DNA of 63,568 bases, filler included, from Rhabdomonas costata (Eukaryota), in the NCBI GenBank assembly GCA_019059605.1. It is 56 parts of 56 records of this genome, joined end to end, with 100 filler letters (N's around TTAATTAATTAA, not from the genome) between each part and the next. Parts side by side here need not be neighbours in the genome. Positions count along the whole stretch, not along the records: positions 37,531 to 38,567 come from JAHMHO010032106.1; positions 38,668 to 39,704 come from JAHMHO010032107.1; positions 39,805 to 40,837 come from JAHMHO010032108.1; positions 40,938 to 41,974 come from JAHMHO010032109.1; positions 42,075 to 43,107 come from JAHMHO010032110.1; positions 43,208 to 44,244 come from JAHMHO010032111.1; positions 44,345 to 45,381 come from JAHMHO010032112.1; positions 45,482 to 46,518 come from JAHMHO010032113.1; 48 more parts are not named here. One strand, written 5' to 3'. Below the pieces are notes generated by a model. That model saw only the letters and a program-made list of their open reading frames with translations, did no database searches and was not told the origin of the DNA. Shown piece after piece: positions 38,363 to 50,985 of the stretch (position 1 is the stretch's first letter; each line of letters starts with the position of its first letter). A program made the position numbers and the translations under genes.

Positions 38363-39303
38363 CTGCACGAACATCCCCCCCATAGTGGCATCACACCAAA
38401 TGCAAGTATCACAAGAGCCACCACCCCAGGGACTCGCGAGGCAGTAGTACGCGTGCGAACTCTAACCAGGATCGCCTCACCGCTATGTTGGACTGGTCGG
38501 TGCCTTGTCAAACCTCAGTGGCGCATTCAGCCGCAGTTTGACAAGGCTCCAAATCACTGAGATCGCCNNNNNNNNNNNNNNNNNNNNNNNNNNNNNNNNN
38601 NNNNNNNNNNNTTAATTAATTAANNNNNNNNNNNNNNNNNNNNNNNNNNNNNNNNNNNNNNNNNNNNGCCCTTCTGTAGATACAGGTTTATGTGGGGTTG
38701 AGTGGTTCATGTAACGCGTGTGAAGCCGTTGTTCGTAAGACCAGTACGTTCATGATTGGAGAGGTGTTGCATTGGCTCCTAACCACACGCTGCCTGAGCC
38801 ACCACGAGGCAAATAAGTTCATCGCTGAATCTTAGAACGAAAATATGAGAATAAAGGACCCACACGCACACACTTCTGTAAGTAGTAGTACTGCTCCTGT
38901 ATTGCTGTGGCCCCTTGTCTCCCCTGTCGCGGCAGCTGAGGCTGAGTCGGGGCGGTGTTTGCGAGCGCCTTGTATGACGCGTATCATCTGAGAAGAAAGA
39001 AAAGCAAGACATCGACACAATCCGCAAACTCTACAAAAGTGTAGTAGTTCTCGGAGCACCTTCCGACAGTTGGTTGCCAAGACGGGCGTGTACCACCTAG
39101 TTCACGAACGTGAACCACAGACGCACAAGGCTACCGTGCGTTTGTCCTTTCTGTTTGTCCCATCCGCGTTTGTCCCATCTGTTTGTCTTCTGGCTCCCAA
39201 GCCTTGCTGTGTTTCTCTGATGTTGGCTGCAAGCGGCTCCTTGGCGACGAGGCTGCTTCAGGGTTTCTGATGTTCAGTGCTTGGGGAGGGGTTGCATTTG
39301 CAG

Positions 39304-39416
39304 GCTACATCCGGCAGCTCAGCTCAAAGCAGAGGCGGGAGGTGGTGGAGCGGCTGCTACGGACGATTGAGGTGCGGAAGGTGCAGCACGAGCAGCAGGC
39401 CCGCAAGAGAGCCGCG
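39304..39416 (+). CDS. Hypothetical helical protein exon
   Basis: ttgcag|..YIRQLSSKQRREVVERLLRTIEVRKVQHEQQARKRAA|gtacgt. Confidence 0.5.
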
Positions 39417-42400
39417 GTACGTTTTTCTGTGTGCGTGGATTGCGTTACTTCGTCCTTCTCGGTGTGTGTGTGTCACCTGGCCAAGTGTGGGATGGGCTTC
39501 CAGACCTGCACCAACCTCTAGGGAGACTTATTTTTCGTTGAGAGGTGTGGGGGTTACGTGCTCCCACAGAAAAAATGGTAACCATCCAGAGCACCGGAAA
39601 AAGAGGCTCGAGTGACTTAAGCAGACCGGGCGTGCGCAGAGGGGTGGAAACTAGAACCGCATTCGGCATTGAGGTTTCCCAACAAACCCACCCACACCCA
39701 CCACNNNNNNNNNNNNNNNNNNNNNNNNNNNNNNNNNNNNNNNNNNNNTTAATTAATTAANNNNNNNNNNNNNNNNNNNNNNNNNNNNNNNNNNNNNNNN
39801 NNNNGTTGGTGTGTTGGTGTGTTGGGGTAATCGGATGCAGGGGAGAGGCACTGCTGCTTGTGAAGAAGGATGCTTGCAGGATTTCGGGTTGTGGTAAGTG
39901 TGATGACGGAGGAAAGGAGAGATGGACAAAACCGGATGGGAGTTGGAACTTTGGTCCTGCCTTGAGCAGATGTGATTGGCTTTGATTGATTGAGGGTAGC
40001 CTTGTCGGGCCGATATCGGCCAGTGTCGCCAATGTCGGCCCAACATATACAATCTCCCAGTCACCAAAAAAAATCGGTCCTGTTTGTCGAAGGAGTGGTT
40101 CTGTTGGTGTGAGAGACCTGAAGGTACCGTACCTTTCCCTCAGTGCCCTGGATCCTATCGAGCCTCGCTAGGCTGCTGGAGAGACCCATCTAAAGGCGAG
40201 AGAGGCGGGGGTGACTTTGGACTGGTTTGGTTTCTTTCCTGCCGCCACGCACTCCCTTTTGTCGCTTTTGTCGCTTGGAGTCTGATTGTGGGTGCACCCG
40301 TTTGCCTGCTTGTTTATTTGTTTGTTTGCTCCTTTGTATGTCCCGCCGTGTAGGTCCTTGCTTGTGCTTCTGTTTTCTGCAATGGATCTCTCCCCACCAC
40401 AAGGGGCGGTTTGGCCGAATGCTCTCGGAATGCTCCCGTGCAATGCTTTCCCCACCTGTTTAGTTTCTGCTTTTTTCACTGGCGCGCCTGTGAATAGCAA
40501 GCCAAGCCGTTGCACTCAGCCCGGCTCACTGTGTGCGTTTCCGCTTGCGTGCATGCTACTTTGTCTAATCGGCGGCGATGCTGCAAGGGCGAAGTTTCGG
40601 GGAAGAGAGCGCACCTCCGGCGTCCACTAGTTTCTGCCCAACTGCAACTGCTGGCATTGTATTAACAATAGCTGTGTTTCTCGACCTTTGGATTTCTGCC
40701 GTCGTGCATTTCAGCCCCACCCCCTGGATTTTCTTGCCTTTGTCACCTGCAAGAGGTGTGATTGTGCTCATGCGTAAATGTCTGTAAATGTTTGTATGCT
40801 TCATTTGTAAATGTCTTCCTGTACTTCACCACCACCCNNNNNNNNNNNNNNNNNNNNNNNNNNNNNNNNNNNNNNNNNNNNTTAATTAATTAANNNNNNN
40901 NNNNNNNNNNNNNNNNNNNNNNNNNNNNNNNNNNNNNGCCTTGTGTGGTCACGAAAAATCGGAACATAAAAGAACTGATAAACATAGAATACCCCCACCG
41001 CCTCTTGGACAAGAGATAAGAAGAAGCCGCCCTTTCCACCGTCAAGGATTGTCCTGAGTAATATTTTGAAGCACTCTCGGATTTTGACGACCTGGAACCA
41101 GACGCACAGCAATCCAACAGGGGTGAGTTTTAAAGAAGGAACGTTCCCGGTTTCACGTTTGCGTCCAGATTTTTCACCTGTTCTTTTTTGCACGTATTTT
41201 GTCGCGAAGGGCTTTTTCACGTTGCTTCGCGTTTTTTTCGACGAGCATGAAAACCTCACCAGACCTGCAACCAGTCACCTACCTTGGGGCGGGCGGCATT
41301 TGTTGACGTGTGGCGTGTGTCACATGACTGTACTCTGCCTCCACGGTTGTACCCCTCAACGCTTAAAAACCTACATAGCAAGCAAACATGACCAGCAGTC
41401 GTTGGGGTACTCCACATTCGCAAGACAAAGAAAAGTATTCTACGTCGCACACCCCTCAGCAGCTTCTTAGCAGCTGTGAGGCTGCAAAAAGCACCAGTTC
41501 CGTGCTCACAAAAAAAAACAGGGGAGCACCCGACTGCCGTGAAGGCTGCCCCTGCAAAAAAAATCGAATGCATTGCAGAACAGGGAAAGAAAAGGAGCGT
41601 CAAAGAGGTCGCCCTTCCGAATCACCAAGCAAGACGCAACCAGCTTCTTGATCAGAAGGGTGAAAGTCAACATATGTTTCAGACTGGGGCGACAGTTCTC
41701 TTCATTCCAACCAAAGGAAAAAGCTTGAACCGATTCCACCCAGGGCTCAGAGTGGGATGTCGAAACAAAAACTCTGAACTGAACAGTGTTTTCCTGCAAC
41801 ACTTTGATTCAAAACACCATTTTCATCCTCAGTTGGTATGGATATTTATACTACGGAGGAAGCTTGGAAACTTCTATTGTTAAGCATACAGACCCTAGGC
41901 GAGAAAATAGCTCCAAGTGAGCAAAATATTTCTACACCCGTACCTCAAAGTGAAAGTTGTATCGCCACAAAAACNNNNNNNNNNNNNNNNNNNNNNNNNN
42001 NNNNNNNNNNNNNNNNNNTTAATTAATTAANNNNNNNNNNNNNNNNNNNNNNNNNNNNNNNNNNNNNNNNNNNNGTTGTGTTGGAAATGCCCTCACTGCA
42101 TTGTTCGGAGGAGGACGCAAATGAAGCTCTAGATCACACAGCAATGGTTGGTGCGACACACAGGAGCCTGCAAGCAAGGAGGACTTTTAAAGCTCTTGAA
42201 TGACCCTCGGTCCATGACCCCCAGAGTGACTGGAGGTGCGGTCTTGTGACCATCTCAACAGTTTTGGTGTTCTCATTTAGTGGCCCACCATTTCACCCCT
42301 TGAGGTCCACGCGTTTCACGCAGTCACACTTAGTTGTATGGGTTTTTGAAACTTGACTCATCTGCGACGTCAAGATTTCGGCACAACAGGCGACCAGGCT

Positions 42401-42544
42401 GCTATCACGTTCTGCATTGGCCCCACAGCTTCTGTGTGTCTGTTTTATTCTTGTGTCTACGCTGCCTGGTAAGTGAGTGTCTGCGTAGGCTCTGTCTCCC
42501 TTTGTGTGCGGGTCTTCGATTTTCGGTAATTGCAACCCGTTACC

Positions 42545-42703
42545 ATGGCTGCGGTTGCCGAACCCGACGAGGGGGCATCCCCAGAGTCTCCTCCTCCGGC
42601 GCCGTTGTCGGTCCCTGACGTGGACCTGGCGAGGGAGTTCGACCACGTGAAGGTGGCGATCCGGTGCAAGCCCTTGTCCGAGGAAGAGAAGAAAAACGTG
42701 CAG
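42545..42703 (+). CDS. Kinesin motor protein, first coding exon
   Basis: MAAVAEPDEG...DHVKVAIRCKPLSEEEK matches the kinesin N-terminal V.V.(V/I)R.(R/K)PL motif; followed by cag|gtatcg. Confidence 0.75.
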
Positions 42704-43207
42704 GTATCGCAGTCAAACCCATTTACAAAAATAAAAATACCCTCCGCGTTTTCACGGCAAACCGAAACAAAGCCGAAAGCCGACGCCACGACTACGCAGT
42801 GGTTCAGGGGTGGCTATGCACAAACAAAAAAGCCTTACGTTTTGGCAGACCCACAGCTCTGGAGGTTTGCCACGGTTAGGTTGAGGTGGGGAGAGGGTAC
42901 GGGGGTGTGCCGGAGCCCTTTTCGGTGAAGCCGGTTGGAAAGCTCACCATTGCCCTTATTTCTGAGATGGTGGCGAAAAGAAGTTTTCCAGCAGGGGTGG
43001 ATGCACGCTGAACAACTGGTTACGAGATTTCCACTTTCGGAAAGCTTTCCAAAGGGGTGCGCCCCCCGGTAAAACGAATACGCCAAATAATGCCACCCAT
43101 TTTCCCTNNNNNNNNNNNNNNNNNNNNNNNNNNNNNNNNNNNNNNNNNNNNTTAATTAATTAANNNNNNNNNNNNNNNNNNNNNNNNNNNNNNNNNNNNN
43201 NNNNNNN

Positions 43208-43789
43208 GGGTGTGTGTCGCGTCTGAGCGAGGGCTGGGTGCCCGCGGTGACCCCCGGGGTGGCCCTGTGGGTGGCCGTGTGGGTGGTCGGGCTGGTGACC
43301 TTCTGCGCAGTTTGGGTTTGTGTGTGAGGGGTCACTGGGTCCATGGTTGGAGAGGTCCTTATGAATAGCCGTCAACTTCACCCTCGCAAAGACGGCTTGA
43401 TAACTGCCCATAACTGTGTGCAACATTTCATTCCGATGCCCTCGGGAGGGAGCACAATTGGTTGTTGAAACCCAAGAGCACAAGAACATGGCCATCACTC
43501 CAACCACTGTGCTCCATCTGAGGTTCACCTGATGAGCCTTCCATTTTCGGTTGCAAGGCTCTTCCGTTGCTCCCACCCATACGTAGTGCTACCTCCCTTC
43601 CCCATCCACATCTATACACGACCGCCGTATATGTACAAAGGGTTCCAGCGCGGAGGATCTGACGGTGTGGCGTTCCTTTGGCGCGGCGGCCGTGTTCTGC
43701 TTCGCCTCTGTGCTGTTCCCTGTGCTGCGGAACTCCCCAGTGGCATACCTTTTGGGGACCTCCTTCGAGCGCACCGTACCCTACCACCG
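43208..43789 (+). CDS. Ferric reductase-like transmembrane protein, two exons (~43208-43323, 43649-43789)
   Basis: TM helix VTPGVALWVAVWVVGLVTFC joined by a phase-2 GTGAGG..CAG intron to WRSFGAAAVFCFASVLFPVLRNSPVAYLLGTSFERTVPYHR (FRE/FRO motif RNS....LG.SFE....YHR with a haem-ligand His). Confidence 0.75.
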
Positions 43790-44074
43790 GTGTGCGCCTG
43801 CCTCGCCTCGATCCCCCACCACCGCCAGGGTGAGGTCAACCCCCACACACACTTCTTTGTACCAGTACCAACGGGCAAATTGAACGTTTCAGACCCTGGA
43901 TCGCGGTGCATCGTGCACCTTCTTACATCCCCGTGTGGATGGATGACCAAATTGAGTCTGCTTTTTGCTCTCCTTTCCGCTCAACAACGCCAGCGAGAAT
44001 ACAAAGCAAAAACTTTTCGAAGGCCTTATCTGCACAACGAAGCGTCCACAGACACTGATTTCGTTTTTTTTTGA

Positions 44075-44235
44075 TCCTGGTGTGGCCACAACCGACACCA
44101 ACCCTCAGCCTAAGTCAGTCTCAGAGTCTTATGCAGCCACGGAGCCGCGCTGGTGGTCGGGGGGAATAAGTGGCTGCATAAGACTCTGAGACTGACTTAG
44201 GCTGAGGGTTGGTGTCGGTTGTGGCCACACCAGGA
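44075..44235. repeat. 66-bp perfect inverted repeat (44075-44140 and 44170-44235)
   Basis: Exact hairpin with a 29-nt loop at the contig end. Confidence 0.9.
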
Positions 44236-44344
44236 CCAAAAAACNNNNNNNNNNNNNNNNNNNNNNNNNNNNNNNNNNNNNNNNNNNNTTAATTAATTAA
44301 NNNNNNNNNNNNNNNNNNNNNNNNNNNNNNNNNNNNNNNNNNNN

Positions 44345-45200
44345 TTGTTGTGGGTTTATTTCGTGCATCTGAAGAGGCGCCCCGCGCAAACCTCATAAGC
44401 CACTACAAGGGAGGGGTAGACTGCTCTGCTGAACTCCAACACCAGGAAGTCCGTGTAAGTAAACTGGGAATCCATCGAGGTGTAGGTGGGGTATGGAGAC
44501 TCCGCCCAGGCCTGGAAGCAGGCCCCGTAGGCCAGACAGCTTGGTGGGCCCAGAGCATTGGCGGGCTCGTAGTACCCACCTGCTGGTTGCAGAGGGACTG
44601 CTGTCGACCACCATTGCAGCCCACTGGGTGAGCTGCACCATCGCAGGGACCAGAGCGGAGATAACAGTGCCGTTGAGAAGCAGCACACCCTTCTTGGGGA
44701 GGCTGCCTAGAATCACCGTGGCAACATTCTGCCAAAAAGGGAGCCAAATGCCTAGTGCAATGAGGGCGGCATTTGAAGGCTTCGTAGACGTGCTGTTGAT
44801 GAGCGCGGCAAATAAGGCGAACACCCACAGGTTAACAAAGGGAGATCGCTCCATACATATAAGCCAAGTCGCACTTCCGGCTGGGCACACCGCCCTATGG
44901 CCGTCATCCTGGCCTGCCAGGAACGTGCGCTCCTTCCTCTATCAGTGGCAAGGGTCGACACCTGCCCCATTGCTGGAAAAAGTCCAAGTGGATGACGCGG
45001 ACGCATAGGGCGCGGGCTGCCCGAAGGCCCTGGACAATGACGCCGTGGATGCTCGGGCCAAGGCGGCGGCAACTCATCGCGCCCACCGTGGCATTCCACA
45101 GACCCCGGTCGGCCGATGCCGTTCAGCTCCAGGATGCCAGGCTGACGGACCACAACGGGGCTCTCTCAGCCCTACGGTGGGAAGAACATAGCGCGCCCTC
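44345..45200 (+). mobile_element. Probable decayed non-LTR retrotransposon RNase H region
   Basis: LEKVQVDDADA*GAGCPKALDNDAVDARAKAAA resembles the RNase H C-terminus KVKAH...GN..AD..AK; contains stops and frameshifts. Confidence 0.5.
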
Positions 45201-45229
45201 GCAGCGCGGCGCCACGGGTGGCTCGCTAC

Positions 45230-45376
45230 TTTGTACCCTACAGGGATGCAATTGAATGGCCCACCTCGGTTCACATCTTTAAATGCCCAGGGTAGAAGGC
45301 GGCGCCTTCGTCAATGTAACAGACCAACCGGTACTGAAGTGGGTGGCCATTCAATTGCATCCCTGTAGGGTACAAA
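45230..45376. repeat. About 32-bp inverted repeat at the contig end (45230-45261 and 45345-45376)
   Basis: tttgtaccctacagggatgcaattgaatggcc and its reverse complement. Confidence 0.85.
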
Positions 45377-46638
45377 AAACANNNNNNNNNNNNNNNNNNN
45401 NNNNNNNNNNNNNNNNNNNNNNNNNTTAATTAATTAANNNNNNNNNNNNNNNNNNNNNNNNNNNNNNNNNNNNNNNNNNNNTACTATAAACGGCACTCAA
45501 TAGTGTTACCTGCCGACAATCAATAGTGTTACCCGGGTGATTACTGGGGATTAAATTTTTACACTCCAAAATTTTAGTGGCGGCATTTTGAAGTGAATTC
45601 CCAATTGGCGGTTACTTTCAATTGTAACCTCATTCGGTCAAAGCTTTCACTTTAATGCCACTCAAAGCAACGCCATGCTGTTACACCTGCTGAGCTCACC
45701 TCTTTGGTCCATTCCATTGACATGGACTGGAACTGGCTGCAGGTTTGGGATGTCTCGTAGCCTGCTTTACAATATATACAAGGATGGACGCCCTCATCAC
45801 GCTGAAGGTCGCCATCGACACAAAGGCATGTGATGCTTGGTGATGCTTTGTACTGTTTGGTGATAATTGAGTTAAAAAATTCTAAAGAAAATTCCCTGGC
45901 GCGACTTTTATTTTACGTTTATTTAACAAACTGCAAAATTTTATATCGAACCTTGGCCGCTACTCAACCACTTTTTTCCGTACCGTCCTGCCGTTTTAGA
46001 CTATTCCTCCACCCATTCCATTTCTGACCCTCATCCTGCTTCAGTTTGCATTTTCATTGATATTTTGCTTTATCGTCTTGTCTTAAATTGTTTGTTTTAG
46101 TGTTACACTCTTCCCGCACTCTGTGCCTGATGGGCAGAATCTGCAAGGTCCGACGAATCCCTCATTTTGGTCAACTTTGCCAATGCGTGCAACTCGGTGG
46201 GAAAGGCGGAAAGGAAATTGTAACCAACGAAAGCACACAGTACACTGCAGGTCACTTCTAGGAAATTCAATCTGTGCATGTACGTAACTAAACTACAGAT
46301 GTTAGGTTGAAAAAACACAATACACACGCTCCCCCCCACCCGAAATCTAATGAGAGGGGGAACCGAAGTCTCCCCACGCCAACTGCGACCCCACAGACCG
46401 CATCAGGGCCACCGACATGCGTCCGTTTACCGCACCTTCGAGCATGTACGCGGAAGAGCTTGTCCAGCACTTTCGTCGAGTGCCGAGGCCCAGCTTCCCG
46501 TCGTTTCCCCCAACAAACNNNNNNNNNNNNNNNNNNNNNNNNNNNNNNNNNNNNNNNNNNNNTTAATTAATTAANNNNNNNNNNNNNNNNNNNNNNNNNN
46601 NNNNNNNNNNNNNNNNNNGTGGTGTGGGTGGGGCGCAG

Positions 46639-46737
46639 GATGCTTTGGGCCGCACCCCACTGCACTGCGCAGCGCAGAGCGGCAGCCTGCACGCTGTGGC
46701 TGCCCTTCTGAGAGTTGGTGCCAACGTCGCCGCTAAG
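46639..46737 (+). CDS. Ankyrin-repeat exon (33 aa)
   Basis: cgcag|DALGRTPLHCAAQSGSLHAVAALLRVGANVAAK|gtgcag. Confidence 0.85.
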
Positions 46738-47246
46738 GTGCAGGCGCAAGTCCACCCCCACCCCGCTCGCTGCTTACGTATGGATGTGTGAATGTGTCGT
46801 TTCGATGGACTCTTGTGTTATATAATTGTCACGTCAGTCCTCGTTTAGAATGAGATATCGATCATCGGTCTCGGCGTTGGATGCACCGCCCCTCACTCCC
46901 AGCAGCGACGATGAACTCTGGCGACATAAAGTTCGCAGTGTGGTGTGTCAAAGTCAAGCGCACCAAACCGCTTTATTTGTTATACACAGAACAGTTTCCG
47001 CCCGAATTCCACGGAAAAGAGGATGGGTTTTGAGCGCACGTCCCTCACACACTCACAAAGGTGCAGGCCGCAGGCGATGCAGAAATTACCTTGCAGCTTG
47101 ATACTCCAATGCTTCTGATAATATGGGCAACACCCCGTATTTCTTGCCATGGCTGCTCTGCAAGCGGTCGCGCCAACTTGCTCCAAATTCTTAGAATCAA
47201 GGGCTTTCATTTACGGAACTCAAGACGCACAAACGCAGCGCAGTGC

Positions 47247-47345
47247 CTGAGCGGTAAGGCTCGCTCTGAGCTTCAGGAGGAATTCCACGGCCTGCACGCT
47301 TCCGGAATGCGCGGCGACGTGCAGGGCGGTTCTCCCATCCGCGTC
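47247..47345 (-). CDS. Ankyrin-repeat exon (33 aa)
   Basis: tatag|DADGRTALHVAAHSGSVQAVEFLLKLRASLTAQ|gcactg (GC donor). Confidence 0.82.
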
Positions 47346-50300
47346 CTATACATGCAAAAGGTGGCAGCAATGCAGTCGGGAGACTAACCTGCTCAGCACT
47401 AGGGAGCGCTTGTTGAGGGGGGGGGGCGTTGCCACTGCCCAGTGTTGTCGTGGGCAAAAGGATTGGGCACCCCCTTTCACAACTTCCTGGAACAAAATTA
47501 TTGCAGTTTGTTTCGTTGAGACGGGCTGATGTGAAGAGGTTAAATGCGAGTCAGTCCGCCAGCCCTGGGAACACCATATGCAGCGCTTAGCAGCACCGGC
47601 AAAGGGTACAGCACAACCCCGGCCCGCAGAAGAATATAACCGACGCCCAACAACANNNNNNNNNNNNNNNNNNNNNNNNNNNNNNNNNNNNNNNNNNNNT
47701 TAATTAATTAANNNNNNNNNNNNNNNNNNNNNNNNNNNNNNNNNNNNNNNNNNNNGGGTTTGTGTAGGAGAGGAATCCCTCGTTTACGATGGGATGGTGA
47801 GCCAGTATTTGGTTTCTGTTGCTATAATTGCTCATTCCTTGTTTGCCTCCTGGCCTTTGGGCAGGTGCGGTCACCTCGAGGAAGTGCAGGTCCCTTTAGT
47901 GTTTGGTTTTTCTGCCCCGGTGCCCCTATGAAGGCTGCCTCCTTTCCCTTCCACCTTCCCTTCCGCAAGAAGCCCGTGACCATGCAGCGGCAACCACAAA
48001 GCCAACACAAAAAGCATGAAAGCCCATCCCACTCAACTTCGTAGAAACAATAAAAGAGAGGCAAGGGAAAGAGCACCGAAAAGAAAAACAAAAGTTTTGC
48101 TTTGTGCTCCCCCGCTGAAGATACCCAATGGGGTTGTCGCAGATTCGGCTGTTCGTGTGGAAGAGGGACGCGGAATATCTCGCCGCCACCAAGGGAAATG
48201 AAGGCCAAGGGACCTACCCAACAGACGGCCAACAACAATAAGGCCCCACGGGGCATACACTGTCGGCCCTTGGCGCGGCCTGCCATTTTCTTTCACCTAC
48301 TTGTGGGATTGAGGGGACACCAGTTCCAAGGTCTTTTGCCAGGGTTCTCAAGTGGCTCTCTCTCGTCTTTAGCACCATTGTGCAGTTCGTCTACATTTCT
48401 CGTGTGTGTGTGCGTGCGTGGGAGGGTCCACCTGGGCCTTGGAGTGGAGGATGTTTTGCGTACAGGGGTACCGAGGTTGTAGTTAGCGCCCCCCGTGCAA
48501 GGTAATTTGCAAGAGTGCAAGGGAGGTTGTGGCCTACAGCTGATCTCACCACCACCGATTTTCGTGACTAGCTTCCTTGGCCGGCTTAAAAAATTGTTGT
48601 CACTGGTAACCGTTATGACAGGTAGCAATGGTAACGGTAATCATTCCCACACCCCTAATTTCTGAGGTGAAAAGTTCAAGAGAACGTGCGCGTGGGGGGT
48701 AGACGGAAAGCGTAAAGGAAACACACCGCTTTTACAGTTCCGGTCCCTCCCCAATACTCCACCCTCCACCCCTCTTCACTGGTAGCCACCAANNNNNNNN
48801 NNNNNNNNNNNNNNNNNNNNNNNNNNNNNNNNNNNNTTAATTAATTAANNNNNNNNNNNNNNNNNNNNNNNNNNNNNNNNNNNNNNNNNNNNGGGTTGTG
48901 CTCATAGAACCACTCTGAGCATGGCAGGGGAGGTGAATGAGCGTAGTATCTGCGGAGAAAAGACATGCACGGAGAGGGAATCAGCGAGCCGAGGGGAGCT
49001 AAAAGTCCCCTCGTCCCAAAAAACAACAAAAATATTGACATTTCGTGTATCGCCTCACACATACAATCGACTGTGAACGTGAATTAGTGCGCGTTCCCGA
49101 GCGTCCGAGAGAGAAAACACAAACGTACCTCCAGATAGAATCGTGCCTTGCCCTGAACAAAACACAGGCAAACCCAACCCGAATCCAAATCCAGCATTTT
49201 ATTATATGTTGGCACCTTCTGTGATTGGAACAGGGTTGCAGTCAGTTTGGTGAAACTGATGCAGCGTTGAAAAGGGTCTTGCAAAGCGGTGTTTTGAGGG
49301 TACATTACCATACACGCCAAAAGCAAAAACCGAATAAATGCAAGTTGAACTCTGAGGAGGGGAAGTCCCCGTATGATTCCCCCCCACCTCAATGTTGACA
49401 TGTGGCCGTGCAAGGCTACCAGCTCATTGTGTGCAGGGGGAGGGCGTGCACACCAGTTTTGCCCGTCCATGCGTTGTGATCCTGTTGTAATAGGGAGCCC
49501 TTTCTTTGTCAATGATATTGAAGAGCGACCACCCCTCCTATATTTGACTTGCACCAATTGGCCAAGTATTCACATTGTGTCGTTCACAACACCCAGATAC
49601 AAGGTGTGTACATACTGACGGAGTGGATGTCTCCTTCCGGCAGCCTGCTGCCTCGGAGATTGCTGTGCGGAGGGAAGGGGGCAGCACACAGGGTGGGTCA
49701 GAGGGAAGTACGCCTGAATATGCAAACACACTCAAACAGAAGTTTAGCCTGTTACACTTTAAGGACCAGAATTTCAAGAAACAAAATGCTCTCGGGCGGG
49801 ACCCACGAACTGATTTCGAAAATATGCCGCAAGCGCTGTGGCTTATTTTCTGAATGCTTTTGACATCAAAAAGAGTTTTCCGACTCGATATGAAAAATTT
49901 CTCTTCAACAACCACCCCCCCCACACACNNNNNNNNNNNNNNNNNNNNNNNNNNNNNNNNNNNNNNNNNNNNTTAATTAATTAANNNNNNNNNNNNNNNN
50001 NNNNNNNNNNNNNNNNNNNNNNNNNNNNTAGTGGGTTGTTCGGCTCTCGCGTTATACCGCGGCACCGGTTGTATCGCTTACAGGTTTTTTTAGATAGTAA
50101 TGTAGAGGGGAAGCAAAGTCGCAAAATGCACCGTGTACAAAAGCAGGTCACGATGGTGTACATAGGAACACAACGATCATCATGGCATTTAATCATCAAC
50201 CAAAGAGGTCGACAAGATGTACTTTTTTTTTTTGAAAGAAAACAGTTTATCAAGCTGAAACTTTTAAAGAGATGACCTGCTCGAGTTCGATCTTAAACAA

Positions 50301-50387
50301 ACCGAAACAATGGCTTCAGTTCAAAAAAGAATCACTCCCAAAGTGTGTTCCACCTTTTTTTTTTAGCAGATCTACAAACTCAGCAAA

Positions 50388-50804
50388 ATGCTTCGCTTCC
50401 CCGCCCCTGTGGGCACACTGTTGCTTCTGATCTCCCTTCTTGGGTTGACTCACGGGCGGATCTTCGGAGACAACACCCCAAGTGATGACAGCGCTCATAT
50501 CCCCGTGAACCACCACGCCACGATCCGTCGCATCAACGCCGAGCTGCGCCCCTCGTGGGTGGCCAAGCCCCAGCCCCGCTTCGAGGGCATGACCCTGGCG
50601 CAGGCCCGCGACCTGTGCGGGTTCCGGCCCCTGCCCCTCGACCACGAGGCCTACACCACCGCGGCAATGGTTCACGCCGGGTTGGACCGCCACAAGCCTG
50701 CCCGGGAGATTCCCGTGATGGAGGACGATGACATCCCGGCAACGTTCGACTCTCGCGAGCAGTGGGCGAGCTGCGCGGGTGTCATTGGCCACATCCGAGA
50801 CCAG
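50388..50804 (+). CDS. CTSB: Cathepsin B-like cysteine protease, first coding exon (signal peptide, propeptide, start of mature enzyme)
   Basis: Hydrophobic signal; propeptide IRRIN...WVA...RF.GMT...LCG; mature IPATFDSREQWASCAGVIGHIRDQ|gt. Confidence 0.88.
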
Positions 50805-50863
50805 GTCCGTCTTCCCACCCCATGCAGGGCCGACCTTTTTCGTGACTGCAGAAATTTGCAAAA

Positions 50864-50873
50864 ACAAAAAAAA

Positions 50874-50909
<36 letters not shown>

Positions 50910-50985
50910 AAAGAAAAGAAAGAAAGAGAAGAGATAGGGGAAGAGAAGAAAGCAAAACAAAACAAAACAAGACAAAATGCAAAAC
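50864..50985 (+). repeat. (AAAG)n / A-rich intronic microsatellite
   Basis: aaagaaagaaag... directly visible. Confidence 0.85.

Noticed and set aside
42468-42487. 20-nt GTAAGT..TAG mini-intron upstream of the kinesin ATG
   Set aside because: Much shorter than the other introns here and untestable without transcripts.
32984-43789. An anaerobic/iron gene cluster (HydF plus ferric reductase)
   Set aside because: They are on separate contigs that appear grouped by length, so there is no linkage information.
37538-45376. Inverted repeats at 37538, 44075 and 45230 as transposon TIRs, terminators or non-conventional intron stems
   Set aside because: Each has one arm ending at a contig terminus. 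The 37538 arm cuts into an exon and copies sequence from the opposite strand of the neighbouring intron, as expected for a fold-back chimera.
46103-46250. Leucine-rich repeat exon (YNFLSAFPTELHALAKLTKM, minus strand)
   Set aside because: One partial repeat with unclear splice boundaries.
48100-48259. Signal peptide plus IFRVPL as an aspartic protease N-terminus (minus strand)
   Set aside because: The motif is too short and there is no clear donor or catalytic motif.
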